Notes: generated by a model from the sequence alone, not told the origin. Positions 53,097-62,908 are shown, numbered from the stretch's first letter. The stretch: DNA of 64,000 nucleotides from an uncultured Acidimicrobiaceae bacterium (GCA_963719125.1 CAVRAT010000015.1:77782-141781), one strand, 5' to 3'. Numbers and translations are program-made.

Positions 53097-54918
53097 GAAG
53101 TCCGATGTAGTGACAAATGAGTGATTGACCGACGGGATCACACACCTGTAATATGTGATTCCTGTACGTGAAGGTGAGCACGGTGCGTAGCGGCAAGAAG
53201 ACCTACCGCTATCTCACCTTGGCCGAGTCGTTCCGCAACGAGGACGGCCAGCCCCGGAGCCGGATCGTCGCCCGCCTGGGCGAGGTGTCGGAGATGACCA
53301 CCTCGGGCGAGCTCGAGCGCATCGTCGATGCCCTCTCGGCCCAGTTGGGACGCGGAGCTTCTCTCGAGCTCACCGCCGAGTCCGCTCCCTCTTATGGGGC
53401 GATGGCGGCTTGCGACGCAGTCTTCTCGCGCCTGTCGCTTGATGAGCTGTTCGACACCCTTGGTGCTCGCCGGCGCTCGGCCGGCCTCTCGGACGCGGTC
53501 TTCGGGATGGTGGCGAACCGGTTGTCGGACCCCTCCTCGAAAAGGCGCTGTGTCACCGACTGGCTCGGTGCCGACGCGGCACTGCCCGAGGCTCGCAGCG
53601 CCCCGTCGCTCGACCGGCTATATCGGGCCTTGGACGCGGTCGCGGACTGTAAGGACGAGATCGAGGCCCGCTGCTACACAGAGCTGTGCAATCTGACAAA
53701 CCTGGATCTGCGCCTTGTCTGTTACGACCTCACCTCCACCTACTTCGAGGGGGACGAGAAGGTCTCGGACAGCTTTCCCTCCAAGGCCTTCGGCTACAGC
53801 CACGACCATCGGGGCGACCGGCCGCAGATCGTGATCGGATTCCTCGTCACATCCGACGGCATCCCGATCGCCCATCACGTCTTTGCGGGCAACACGGCGA
53901 ACCGATCGACGCTGGCCGAGGTGATGGCCGACCTGCAGGCACGCTTCGGGGTTGGACGCATCGCCCTTGTGGCAGACAGAGGCCTCATCTCAGAGGAGAA
54001 CCTGGCCCTGGTCGCCGAGCGCGGCTTCGACCACGTACTCGCGACCCGCCTCCATCGCGATCCGTCGGTCGCCGCTGTCTTGGAGGCTGCCGCCGACAAA
54101 GACGCCGTCTTCGTGCCGGTGGGAGACGACGGGACCAGAGCGACCGAGGTCACCTACGAGTCCCGCCGCTATGTCGTGGTCGATTACCCCAAGCGTCACG
54201 TGCGCGACGGCGCCCGTCGATCGGAACTGTTGGCGCGAACGGAGGATCGCCTAAGGGCCCTTGCAGATCGGGTGCGTAAGGGCCGCCTCGTCGACCCGGC
54301 CAAGATCGGCGCCGCCGCCGACCGGATCCTCAGGGACTCGGGGGTCTCGCGTTGTTTTTCGACCAGGATCGCCCACGGGGTCTTCACCTGGGACTACGAC
54401 GAGGAGGCCATGGGCTACGAGGAGAGGCTCCTTACCGGACGCTACGTGATCACGACCTCGCTCGACCAGAAGACCGCTTCGACCGCAGAGGTCGTCGGCC
54501 ACTACAAGGCCCTGCAGTCGGTCGAACGGCGCTTTCGAGTGCTGAAGGACTTCTTAGCGCTGCGCCCGGTCTTCCACTACACCGAAAAGCGCGTGCGGGG
54601 TCACGTCGCTATCTGCGTGCTTGCCGCTGTCCTGGAATCCGTGATGAGCATCGACTTGAGGGCCCGAAAGCTCACCGACCCGGACCTCGAGGGCAGCACC
54701 TCACCGCTCGGCGGGCGCTTCGTGAGCTCGAGCGGGTCCGGATAGTCCGCTTCAGTGAAGCGGACGGCAACGAACCTCAGGTCGTGACCCGGCCGAGCCC
54801 CTTCCAGGCCGAGATCCTCGCCGCTCTCGGTGTCGACACTTCCGCTTGGCGCTCACGCGTCGCCTGATCACCGACGATCACACGCGATGTAGGGCAAAAA
54901 CTGCCTACGCGCGACTTC
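53097..54918 (+). mobile_element. IS1634-family insertion sequence (ends approximate)
   Basis: Transposase 53168-54867. Weak IR candidates GAAGTCCGATGTAG (53097-53110) and the complement of CTACGCGCGACTTC (54905-54918), 10 of 14 matching. No TSD identified. Confidence 0.5.
53168..54867 (+). pseudogene. IS1634-family transposase with an apparent -1 frameshift at a G run (54691-54693)
   Basis: VKVSTVRSGKKTYRYLTLAESFRNEDGQPRSRIVARLG..CYDLTSTYFEG..GYSHDHRGDRPQIVIG..VADRGLISEEN... The C-terminal ..QHLTARRALRELERVRIVRF.. continues in another frame to 54867. Confidence 0.8.
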
Positions 54919-55182
54919 GTGACTAGGACCTTTAGGTTTGAGCCGCCGAAGTCGGGTCGGAGCGTCGAGCTACCCGCGAATCTAGCGAGCAACGTCCCCG
55001 ATAGGAGTACTAAGGGCCTTCAAACCGAGGGGGCCGTTCCCATCCATGCTGCGCCGTTCCTCGAATCCTGATCCACAGTCGTATCCGGACGTATCATGCG
55101 ATCGACTACTGGACAATGCAGTACGCGATATGATGCTGTTGCCGTCATCGCCATGATGGCGTTCTAACCCGACGGACACTAG

Positions 55183-56367
55183 TCATCGCGCTCTAAGTGC
55201 TCGTACATCAGTGATGTCTGCCTTCTCCAAGCCCCAATCAGGTTGGTTATACAAGACCTCGTGATTGTGCGCGGCGAGAAGCGAACGCTTCATCGCTCGC
55301 AGTTCCGCGGGCTTGATGTGGGGCATCCCGCGCTGTTCTACAGCGGCGTAGTGCTTTTGGTGCCCCTCGGGTGTCCAGCCGGAGCCCGAGGCGTGCTCCA
55401 TATGGTACGCGACAGCGGGAGGTTCGACGTCCACAAATCGCAGGCCATTCGCGTGCATTTGATGCATGAAGATCGTGTCGAGATGCATTGAGTGAACGAC
55501 CAGCTCTGGATAAGCCCGAAATCTCCACCAATCATGTCGTGATAGCAATGTGAAGTCACCGCAAGCGTTGACGTTTAACCTAGGAAGAATCATGAGATCA
55601 GCGAGTGCTCTAGCCCGATCCAGTGCGAAGCGCGAGATGGCACCTAACGACCGAGCGTCTTTTGGCCTGTGCCTGGGAAGTTGAAGCAATGGCCTGGCAG
55701 CGCTGTGGCTAGGATGCCCCCCAAGATGCCGCACCGAAGAGAATAGCTGGGTGACCTGCCATGCTAGGAAGTCACCGACGCCTTGGTAGATCGGTAAGAC
55801 TCGCCCGAGCCGAGGATAGTAAATGCCGTCTCTCCGCTCGTATCGGATCGGGTGCGATTTGCAGAAGGCTAGAGCTTCTTCGACCGTGGCGACGCCGTCG
55901 GGGAAGGGAAACTCGACGTCGTTACGGTCGGCCCGCCACACCGTCCCGTCCCCGATTTTGGTGGTGGTGAAGTCGAACAACTCAGGCGCGAGCAGGATGT
56001 CTATGTTAGTGGCGAGAACGTTATCCCCGTGGGCACGCCGAATGCCGACGTTCTTCGCGATCATTTGTAACATTGGTATGCCACCTTCGGGAAGCAATCT
56101 CTGGTGCTCAGCGTGCGGAACGGTGAGGACGCGTACAGACAGCATTGACTCTCCCGAAGGCCAGCGCATTGTGTCGATAAGTGGCGCTCGGTCCTCCGGA
56201 GGGTTCCATTCGACGAGTACGAGCTCCACGCTGACATGGCGTCGATCTGCATTCCACGCCAGTCCATCGACGAACCACTGCATTCTTTCGAGGAGATGTC
56301 CGCCATGATCGTCGTTGCGGCTTGTCGTCACGACGCTCAGACGTGGTCGACTGAGGGGGAGACTCAC
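55183..56367 (-). CDS. Uncharacterised putative glycosyltransferase (GT-A-like)
   Basis: The GTG start overlaps the upstream stop (GTGA). ..LSVVTTSRNDDHGGHLLERMQWFVDGL..VELVLVEWNPP..NIDILL... The part of the 510-aa ORF upstream of 56367 overlaps the flippase and is rejected. Confidence 0.55.
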   Translation of the reverse strand: MSLPLSRPRLSVVTTSRNDDHGGHLLERMQWFVDGLAWNADRRHVSVELVLVEWNPPEDRAPLIDTMRWPSGESMLSVRVLTVPHAEHQRLLPEGGIPMLQMIAKNVGIRRAHGDNVLATNIDILLAPELFDFTTTKIGDGTVWRADRNDVEFPFPDGVATVEEALAFCKSHPIRYERRDGIYYPRLGRVLPIYQGVGDFLAWQVTQLFSSVRHLGGHPSHSAARPLLQLPRHRPKDARSLGAISRFALDRARALADLMILPRLNVNACGDFTLLSRHDWWRFRAYPELVVHSMHLDTIFMHQMHANGLRFVDVEPPAVAYHMEHASGSGWTPEGHQKHYAAVEQRGMPHIKPAELRAMKRSLLAAHNHEVLYNQPDWGLEKADITDVRALRAR

Positions 56368-57866
56368 TTTGGCCTTTCCTCTCTGGTCGCGTGCCCCAAG
56401 CGTGAAACACCAAAGGTAAGAGACCCATAGATCGCGAGCAACACGAGCAGTTCCGGGATCATAAGCCAACCACCTCGAGGGGCATATCCTGCAGTGAGGT
56501 GCATCACAAGGTAGATCGCGATAAGAACGGCCGAGATGAGGAAAAACCGCCCACTTTGCTCCAGTGAGACTCCGAAACCGGCGACGCGCCGAAATGCCGT
56601 AGCGCCCCATACGACGATCACCACGCTCCCTGTGAGGAGGGCGATAGCTGCGGCCGACGCGGCATAAAAGGGAATCGTGGAACCGGCGACCACCAAAGCA
56701 GCGACAGTCGCCCAAAGCGTTATTCGTAGCACAATTCCCTCTGCTTGAAGGTAAACCAAGCCGTCGATGAAGACTGCTGCCGGGCAGGACAATGCTGCGT
56801 AGAAGCTCAGCAACACGAGGGGTGTCGCGCCTCCGGCGAAGCCTCGTCCAGCGATTAGTACGAGTCCAGGGCGCGCAAAGACGATCGCAGCTAGGGGCAA
56901 AGCGGCTCCCCCCAGGGTCAAGACATCGAAGGCGCGCTGGGTGAGGCGCTGTCTGCGGATGGACGAACCGTCGATGAACTTCGGGAGCATGGCGGCCGTG
57001 AGCACATATGGGACAGCTGTGCCGAAGACGGCGAGTTGGAGAGCCACGCCGAACTCCCCGACCGTGGCGAGCGGCGCCAAGAGCGACAACAACACGACGT
57101 CGACCTGGACCGCGATGCTGCTCAGCACTTGGCTAATACCGAGAGGCGTGGCACTTCTGATCAACTCCCGGACTTGTTGGCGGCCCGATCGGAAGTCGGC
57201 ACGAACGTAGTGACGAGCGATGCCAAGGCCCAGCAGCGCCGTTGCGACATCTGCCGCGACAGTGAGCCACAAATAGCCTGCCACGCCAAGCGCCGCGGCC
57301 ACCGTTGTCCCGGCCGCTCCAAGCAGGAAGAGGCTGCTGGTGAGATCGATGAAAGCTCGAGCATCGTTGCGGGCTTTGGCGATGAGCACAGCACCGCTGA
57401 TTACCCAGGCGGCATTGGGAGGCAGGCTTACGACGAGGACGAGACTGAGGGCTCGAAGATGAGGATGCTTAGCATAGACAACGAACGCGGCGGCGGTCAT
57501 CATTGCCATGGCAACTGAAGAAACGATCAGGCCAGCCAGCAGGCCGCCACCGTAAACTGCTCGATCGTTCGCCCCGGGTGTTGCCATCTCCCTGCTGACG
57601 ATGCGAGTTAAACCGAAGTCACAGAGTCCTACGAACAAGTTTGCGACCGCGGAGGCAGCGACGACCTCGCCCCAGCGCACTGGGCCGAAGTCGTGGGTGA
57701 TTAAGCGCAAGGCAACAAGCGATACCGCCGCTCCGGCTACGCGACCAATCAACCTGGTCGAGGCGTTGTAACTGACCCGCGCACGCAATTTTCGTCTTCC
57801 TGCCGAATCAGCCGAGCTTGCCGGCGTCGCCGGTCGGGCGTCTGGACCGCTCGAAGACTGAGTCAT
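56364..57866 (-). CDS. Wzx-type flippase (MOP superfamily), third in the window
   Basis: 500 aa, about 12-14 hydrophobic helices. Polysacc_synt-like N-terminus (..NASTRLIGRVAGAAVSLVALRLITHDFGPVRWGEV..). Confidence 0.85.
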   Translation of the reverse strand: MTQSSSGPDARPATPASSADSAGRRKLRARVSYNASTRLIGRVAGAAVSLVALRLITHDFGPVRWGEVVAASAVANLFVGLCDFGLTRIVSREMATPGANDRAVYGGGLLAGLIVSSVAMAMMTAAAFVVYAKHPHLRALSLVLVVSLPPNAAWVISGAVLIAKARNDARAFIDLTSSLFLLGAAGTTVAAALGVAGYLWLTVAADVATALLGLGIARHYVRADFRSGRQQVRELIRSATPLGISQVLSSIAVQVDVVLLSLLAPLATVGEFGVALQLAVFGTAVPYVLTAAMLPKFIDGSSIRRQRLTQRAFDVLTLGGAALPLAAIVFARPGLVLIAGRGFAGGATPLVLLSFYAALSCPAAVFIDGLVYLQAEGIVLRITLWATVAALVVAGSTIPFYAASAAAIALLTGSVVIVVWGATAFRRVAGFGVSLEQSGRFFLISAVLIAIYLVMHLTAGYAPRGGWLMIPELLVLLAIYGSLTFGVSRLGHATREERPK

Positions 57867-57878
57867 TCCTTCCGCCCG

Positions 57879-59204
57879 CTAGCGGGCTTTGCCCTCGAAG
57901 ATCGTTCGCAATGTCCGGCCCAGGATACGCAAGTCCAGGCTCAGGCTCTGGTGACGGAGGTAGAAGAACTCGTACTGCAGTTTCTCGAGGGCGTCGATGT
58001 CGCTCGATCCGTAGTCGTAGTTGATCTGTGCCCAGCCCGTGATACCTGGACGGACGAGATGGCGCAGCTCGTAGAAGGGGATGGTCTTCGTTAACAGCTC
58101 GACGTAGTGCGGTTGCTCCGGCCGTGGTCCCACGATCGACAGATCGTGGCGAATGACGTTCCACATCTGCGGCAGCTCGTCGACGTGGAGTTTCCGAAGC
58201 ACCCGGCCGACCTTGCCGAGCCGAGGGTCGTCTTCTGCGGTCCAGTCCGAGGACAAGCCCCCAGGGCGCATCGTCCGGAACTTGTGAATCGTGAACACGA
58301 CACCGTCCTTGCCCACTCGGGGCTGGCTGTAGAAAAGGGGCCCGCGATTGCCGAACAAGTCGACGATCGCCACGATCGGCACGGCTACGGCAAGGGCCAG
58401 TAGTCCGAGCAGGGCGATCACGAGGTCCAACGCCCTCTTGCTCCGCGCGTAGGCAGGCCTGTGGATCTCGTTGATGTCGAACAGTAGAGAGATGCGCTCG
58501 AGTTCCGAGATCGGCAATCTGCCTAGCCAGACGTCGTAGAAGAGCGAGAGCGTCCGGATCCGCACCCCCTTTGAGTGGAGCTCTGCGGCTTGAGCGACGA
58601 TCTCCTCGCGTTGTTGCGATTCCCGGTCGAGTACCAGGAGGTTCGCATTGGCCGACTTCACGAGTTGCGCCAAGAGCATGGGCTCGTCAGGCGTTGGCAT
58701 CACGTCGTCGGGACGAGCCACCGCGACAAGCAGGGCCGGCCTTTCGGCGAGTTGCTGCGTATCGCGGACTAGGCGGTTTGCTTCTTCACCTGCGACGATC
58801 GCGACCACTCGATCGAGGTTCGCGCGCCTGCGCTGGGTGGCGCCCGATAGTCCGGAGACGAGCACGAAGACAGGCACCAGGATCACCGAGCTGACGAAGA
58901 CGACAAAGCGCGGAAGCAGCTGGGCACCCGTGAAGAGCTGCAGAACAGAGATTATGACGTCGGCGGCCACTAGCGCGGCAAACGCCCTCGCGAACTGTCG
59001 CGAGAGGCGACCTCCCCCGTCCGGAAGCCCTGCTGCGTAGCTGGTTGCCCAGATCAGGGCGATGAAGATCAGGATCCATCGGAAACGTGGCTCTTCAGTC
59101 AGCGAATAAACATGCCGAGCTACGTAGTGTGAATGAACCACTTCGGTCGCGATGACGACGGCTAGCGTCAAGACGGGAAGGAGCCACTTGACCGGACGAC
59201 TCAT
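57879..59204 (-). CDS. Polyprenyl-phosphate phosphoglycosyltransferase (WbaP/EPS sugar-transferase type, initiating enzyme)
   Basis: ATG at 59204 (MSRPVKWLL..). N-terminal TM helices and central Rossmann-like domain. C-terminal Bac_transf motifs ..GPLFYSQPRVGKDG..F.IHKFRTM..DPR....G..LR...VDELPQ..NV..G.LS.VGPRP..PGITGWAQ. Confidence 0.9.
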   Translation of the reverse strand: MSRPVKWLLPVLTLAVVIATEVVHSHYVARHVYSLTEEPRFRWILIFIALIWATSYAAGLPDGGGRLSRQFARAFAALVAADVIISVLQLFTGAQLLPRFVVFVSSVILVPVFVLVSGLSGATQRRRANLDRVVAIVAGEEANRLVRDTQQLAERPALLVAVARPDDVMPTPDEPMLLAQLVKSANANLLVLDRESQQREEIVAQAAELHSKGVRIRTLSLFYDVWLGRLPISELERISLLFDINEIHRPAYARSKRALDLVIALLGLLALAVAVPIVAIVDLFGNRGPLFYSQPRVGKDGVVFTIHKFRTMRPGGLSSDWTAEDDPRLGKVGRVLRKLHVDELPQMWNVIRHDLSIVGPRPEQPHYVELLTKTIPFYELRHLVRPGITGWAQINYDYGSSDIDALEKLQYEFFYLRHQSLSLDLRILGRTLRTIFEGKAR

Positions 59205-59274
59205 CACAAACCATTCAAGCCCAGAAGAAGCCGGCAGCGGTGCCAATGATCTGGTTGGCGCGCCCGGGAGTGAA

Positions 59275-61131
59275 ATGTCGGGGTCGCGTGGGTTGCTGCC
59301 GCAGGATCGCTTCGGCGGGGTGAGCGGGCTCGGCGCGTTCGCCGCTGTCGGCGCAGCTCTTCTCTGCCTTGCCTTTTCGCCCAAGGTGGATTCGGTGACC
59401 TTCACGCCGAAGTACGCCGTGTTGCTCATCTTCGCCGCGGTAGGCATCGTGCCCGTGGCGCGTCTCGTCACCAGCCGTTCGCCGCTACGTTGGCCTGCGA
59501 GAGCAGCGGTCGCGTTTCTCGCCGTCGCCCTCGTATCGGCGCTGGTCTCCCCGTCGCCGAACATCGCGTTCTTCGGCCTATATCTCTGGGGTACGGGCTG
59601 GCTGTTCTGGCTCGGAGTCGTCGGCGCCTTCGCAATCGGTGCCTCACTTGGTCCGAAGGATCGTCGCTGGCTGTTTTGGGGCCTGCTCGTCGGCTCAATT
59701 GGCAGCGCGGTTGTTGCGGTCTTCGAGATCGTCGCCAATCCTTCAACCCCGGGTTTCAGTCTCTATGACGGCACGCAGGCGGCCGGTTTCCTGGGGAACC
59801 CGATCTATTTGGAGGCTCTCCTGCTCGGCGGGCTCGCGCTGGTGCTAGGCAGAGCGTGCTGGTCACCGCTGCGGTGGGGCGCTCCCGTTCTCGTGCTCGC
59901 CGTCGCGCTCGAATTCACCTTTGAGCGCTTCGCGATCGTGGTGCTCGTCCTGCTGGTCCTATATGCGCTGTATGCCTACGGCGTTCGCCGTGGTGGGCTG
60001 TTCGCGTTGCTCGTTGGCGTCGGCTACGGCATCGCCTACCTCGGTGGGGGCTCCGGCCTCGGTTCCAGGGTGACCTCGGGAACTTCCGAGAGCACTTTCG
60101 GGCTCCGACTGCGAGTGTGGTTGCAATCGGCGCACTACGTGCTGCACCATCCTCTGCTGGGTGCCGGCCCCGGTCAGCTCCGAACTGCGATGGACTCGAG
60201 CGCCACCCTCTCGTTCTTTCAGCGAGTGCTGGCTGGCAGGGTGTTGACCGACGGCCATGACATGTTCGTCGAGGTCGCCGTCACGACCGGGCTCATCGGC
60301 ATGGCCTGTTTCCTCGTGTGGCTGGTCAGAGCCGCCCGGATGGCAGCGCGTGGAGCCTTTCTGGGATTTGCCGCGGCGATGTTCGCGACTGAGCTCGTGG
60401 AGCCGATCAACATAGCCATCATCCCTCTCGCGTTCCTGGCCCTAGGTGCCGCAACGGCACAGCGATCCATACCTGAGTGCTCATCCGCCGATACCGCTCC
60501 TCAGCTGGCAGAACAGCAGATTGCTGATGTCAATGGCCCCAAGGCGAACGGCCGCCGCGTCGCCGTTTATCTCACAACCATCGTCGCGCTCGCTCTTGCG
60601 CTTTTTCTCGGAGCGACGATGGTGGCAGGCGACGCCTACATGTTCCGCGGGACGAACTTCGCTCCCGGCCAGCCGTACAATCTTGCGGCCGCGAGTGACG
60701 GGAATCGGCTCTTGCCCTACTGGCCGGACTCGGCGCTCAAGCTAGCCCAGATCGAGGCCTTCGACAGCATCAGCGGCGTGTCCTCCACGGCTACAGCCCA
60801 CCTGGCCGAAGCGCGCCGGTGGACGGCGGTTGCCGCGAACCGGGACTCGCACAGCCCGCAGCTCTGGACGCTCTTGGCGGTCGCGGACGTCGATCTCAAA
60901 GCCTACGGGCATGCCCGCACCGAGTACTACCGCGCGCTCTCATGCGACAAATGGTTCACGCAGGCGCTCCAAGGTCTCGGCCAGCTCGCGGGGATCGATC
61001 ATAACTGGAACGAGGCTGTCCACTTCTACCGGTTGGCTCTGACGACGGCGAAATACGATGCAGAGCTGGCAGCGCCACTGCGCGTCTTGCTCAGCAGCGC
61101 GGAACGGAATGCCAGACCCGCCGGTGGGTGA
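59275..61131 (+). CDS. Wzy_C (O-antigen ligase/O-oligosaccharyltransferase/polymerase family) membrane protein with C-terminal TPR-like domain
   Basis: ATG 59275. At least 10 TM helices. ..RLRVWLQSAHYVLHHPLLGAGPGQL.....GHDMFVEVAVTTGLIG is the Wzy_C signature region. C-terminal soluble part has TPR-like repeats (..YYRALSCDKWFTQALQGLGQL..AVHFYRLAL..). Confidence 0.8.
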   Translation: MSGSRGLLPQDRFGGVSGLGAFAAVGAALLCLAFSPKVDSVTFTPKYAVLLIFAAVGIVPVARLVTSRSPLRWPARAAVAFLAVALVSALVSPSPNIAFFGLYLWGTGWLFWLGVVGAFAIGASLGPKDRRWLFWGLLVGSIGSAVVAVFEIVANPSTPGFSLYDGTQAAGFLGNPIYLEALLLGGLALVLGRACWSPLRWGAPVLVLAVALEFTFERFAIVVLVLLVLYALYAYGVRRGGLFALLVGVGYGIAYLGGGSGLGSRVTSGTSESTFGLRLRVWLQSAHYVLHHPLLGAGPGQLRTAMDSSATLSFFQRVLAGRVLTDGHDMFVEVAVTTGLIGMACFLVWLVRAARMAARGAFLGFAAAMFATELVEPINIAIIPLAFLALGAATAQRSIPECSSADTAPQLAEQQIADVNGPKANGRRVAVYLTTIVALALALFLGATMVAGDAYMFRGTNFAPGQPYNLAAASDGNRLLPYWPDSALKLAQIEAFDSISGVSSTATAHLAEARRWTAVAANRDSHSPQLWTLLAVADVDLKAYGHARTEYYRALSCDKWFTQALQGLGQLAGIDHNWNEAVHFYRLALTTAKYDAELAAPLRVLLSSAERNARPAGG

Positions 61132-61255
61132 TGACGTCAGCAGGGGCGCACAGAGACCGTGTGATCACTCAGAGCGTCAGGTTGGGCTAAAGTTTTCCCC
61201 GATGCTGCCGATGACTACTCGGTAGCAGTTTCCATTGACCCGAGGAGGAAAGCTT

Positions 61256-61843
61256 ATGAGGAACGTTCCCGAGAGGCTCCGTGCGCGGCGCCTTAGGTTG
61301 GAGGAGGCGGGTGAGGAGGGCTTCACGCTCATCGAGCTGCTCGTTGTCCTGCTCATCATCGGCATCCTGCTCGCGATCGCCATCCCGACGTTCCTGTCGG
61401 TGACCAAGACCGCGAACAACACCGCCGCGCAGGCCAACTTGCAGACCGCCCTGACCGGCGCCGACACCTACTACACCAGCGACAACCAGACCTACTCCGG
61501 CATCGACGTGGCTGGGCAGGGCGTGTCGAACATCTCGCAGATCGACACTGGCTTGACGTATGTGAGCCAGGCTGATTCGACCAAGGCGAACGTGGTCTCG
61601 CTTGACGTCGCTACAGTGACTCCGGCGAAAACCACGCTAGTGATGGCGGCTTTCTCGCCGGGTACGAACGACTGCTGGATCATCCAAGACCAGAAGTCGA
61701 CGATCACAGCATTTGACGGCGCACCCACGGCTGCCGGCACCTATTACTCAGTGATCAAGGGCAGCAGCCCTACAACTTGCACATCCGTTCTTAGTGCGGC
61801 ACCAGCGAGCGGCTGGTCAACCACCGGCTTCCCGAAGGGGTAG
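61256..61843 (+). CDS. Type IV pilin / pseudopilin with class III signal peptide
   Basis: GAGGAGG then ATG 61256. Leader MRNVPERLRARRLRLEEAGEEG, then FTLIELLVVLLIIGILLAIAIPTF (prepilin peptidase site G/F, E5). Two Cys (..NDCW.., ..PTTCTS..) and a Ser/Thr-rich C-terminal tail. Confidence 0.85.
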   Translation: MRNVPERLRARRLRLEEAGEEGFTLIELLVVLLIIGILLAIAIPTFLSVTKTANNTAAQANLQTALTGADTYYTSDNQTYSGIDVAGQGVSNISQIDTGLTYVSQADSTKANVVSLDVATVTPAKTTLVMAAFSPGTNDCWIIQDQKSTITAFDGAPTAAGTYYSVIKGSSPTTCTSVLSAAPASGWSTTGFPKG

Positions 61844-61908
61844 TCGTCGGCCCAAGATCTGCCTAGGGAGTTACTGGGTTTTCTCCAATGGCAGTATCAG
61901 CGATTGTG

Positions 61909-61940
61909 AAGGACCTCCCGGCCCTGGCCAGGAGGTCCTT
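61909..61940 (+). terminator. Candidate intrinsic terminator after the pilin gene
   Basis: 10-bp stem AAGGACCTCC / GGAGGTCCTT with a 12-nt loop, followed by TTC. 66 nt downstream of the pilin stop. Only a weak T tract. Confidence 0.4.
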
Positions 61941-62099
61941 TCGCGGTATGGGCCGACAGTCTCGCCAGCAAGGAGATGAGAGTCCTTCCTGAGCTTTGGT
62001 CGTTGAAGTTCAGTAGCTGATGCCCAGTGCGTCGTGCCGACCCGGGGTGCGGAGGGGGCGAAGGCAAAGCCACAGGCCCGAGCGCGAGCAAACGGATTT

Positions 62100-62640
62100 A
62101 GGCTGTCCATCGGTGGTGACCTGCTTGCGAACAGGGAAGCCGAGGACCCATCCCTCCGCCCGCTGAGCTCATCCCAGCTGGGCGAATAAACGATCCAAGC
62201 GGGGTACGTGGGAGGTGATTTCGTCGGGCCGTGGCGACGTCAACGCGCGACATATTGATCCACGAGCTGCAGGTGGGTGAAGTGGAGATGAACGCGTGGA
62301 TGTCGCACCAGCCAGCGCCCGACGTCGAGATGTTCGGCGCTGAACGGTTGATTCGGTGGAAGAATCTGCTGGTGGTGCCGGAACAGACGTGATCGTGTGT
62401 GCGGACGTTCGGGCAGTCCAGAGCGCAATGGGAGCACCTGCGATGGGACCGAGGCGGCTTCCGCGTCGCGTGCTGGTGCCATCTCGATCTGGACGGGCAC
62501 TTCGCCCGGATCGGCAAGGCGCGCCGCTCTGTCGCCCGCCGATGCGGTTTCGTGATGACGGCGAACCTCAACATTGTCAGCCTGTGCTCGGATCGGAGCG
62601 TAGGGCGATCGGTGACGGCTCCGCGCCGACATCGTGCGCC
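62100..62640 (-). pseudogene. IS630-family transposase C-terminal remnant, multiply frameshifted
   Basis: Pieces in different minus-strand frames: ..FSAEHLDVGRWLVRHPRVHLHFT / PTCSSWINM.. resemble the IS630 ..HPR.HLHFTPT..SWLN.VE.. block. Confidence 0.4.
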
Positions 62641-62908
62641 CAGATGAGAAGGCGGGACATTCAGGGCTGCTACCCGGGTGCTCGACGTAGTCGCCGAGTA
62701 CAAGGAGGCGACGGACGGAGGCCCATTTGTTCAGGGAGGTCCGCGGTCTCGGCGACCGCTATCTCCGGCTCCCGCGCTGTGACTCGACCTCCTCGAGGTA
62801 TGACCTGAAGTTGTGGATCACCCACTCGTCCAAAGGCGCGACGTACCTTCCTCGTTGAAATCCAAGACGAGCAGCCGGCGTTAGCGCGCCGGCGAGGAAG
62901 GGACGCCG

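Noticed and set aside
53097-54918. Target site duplication for the second IS1634-family element and for the RIT element
   Set aside because: No matching direct repeats were found adjacent to the proposed ends. The ends of the 53-kb IS are therefore given as approximate only, and RIT elements are not known to need a TSD.
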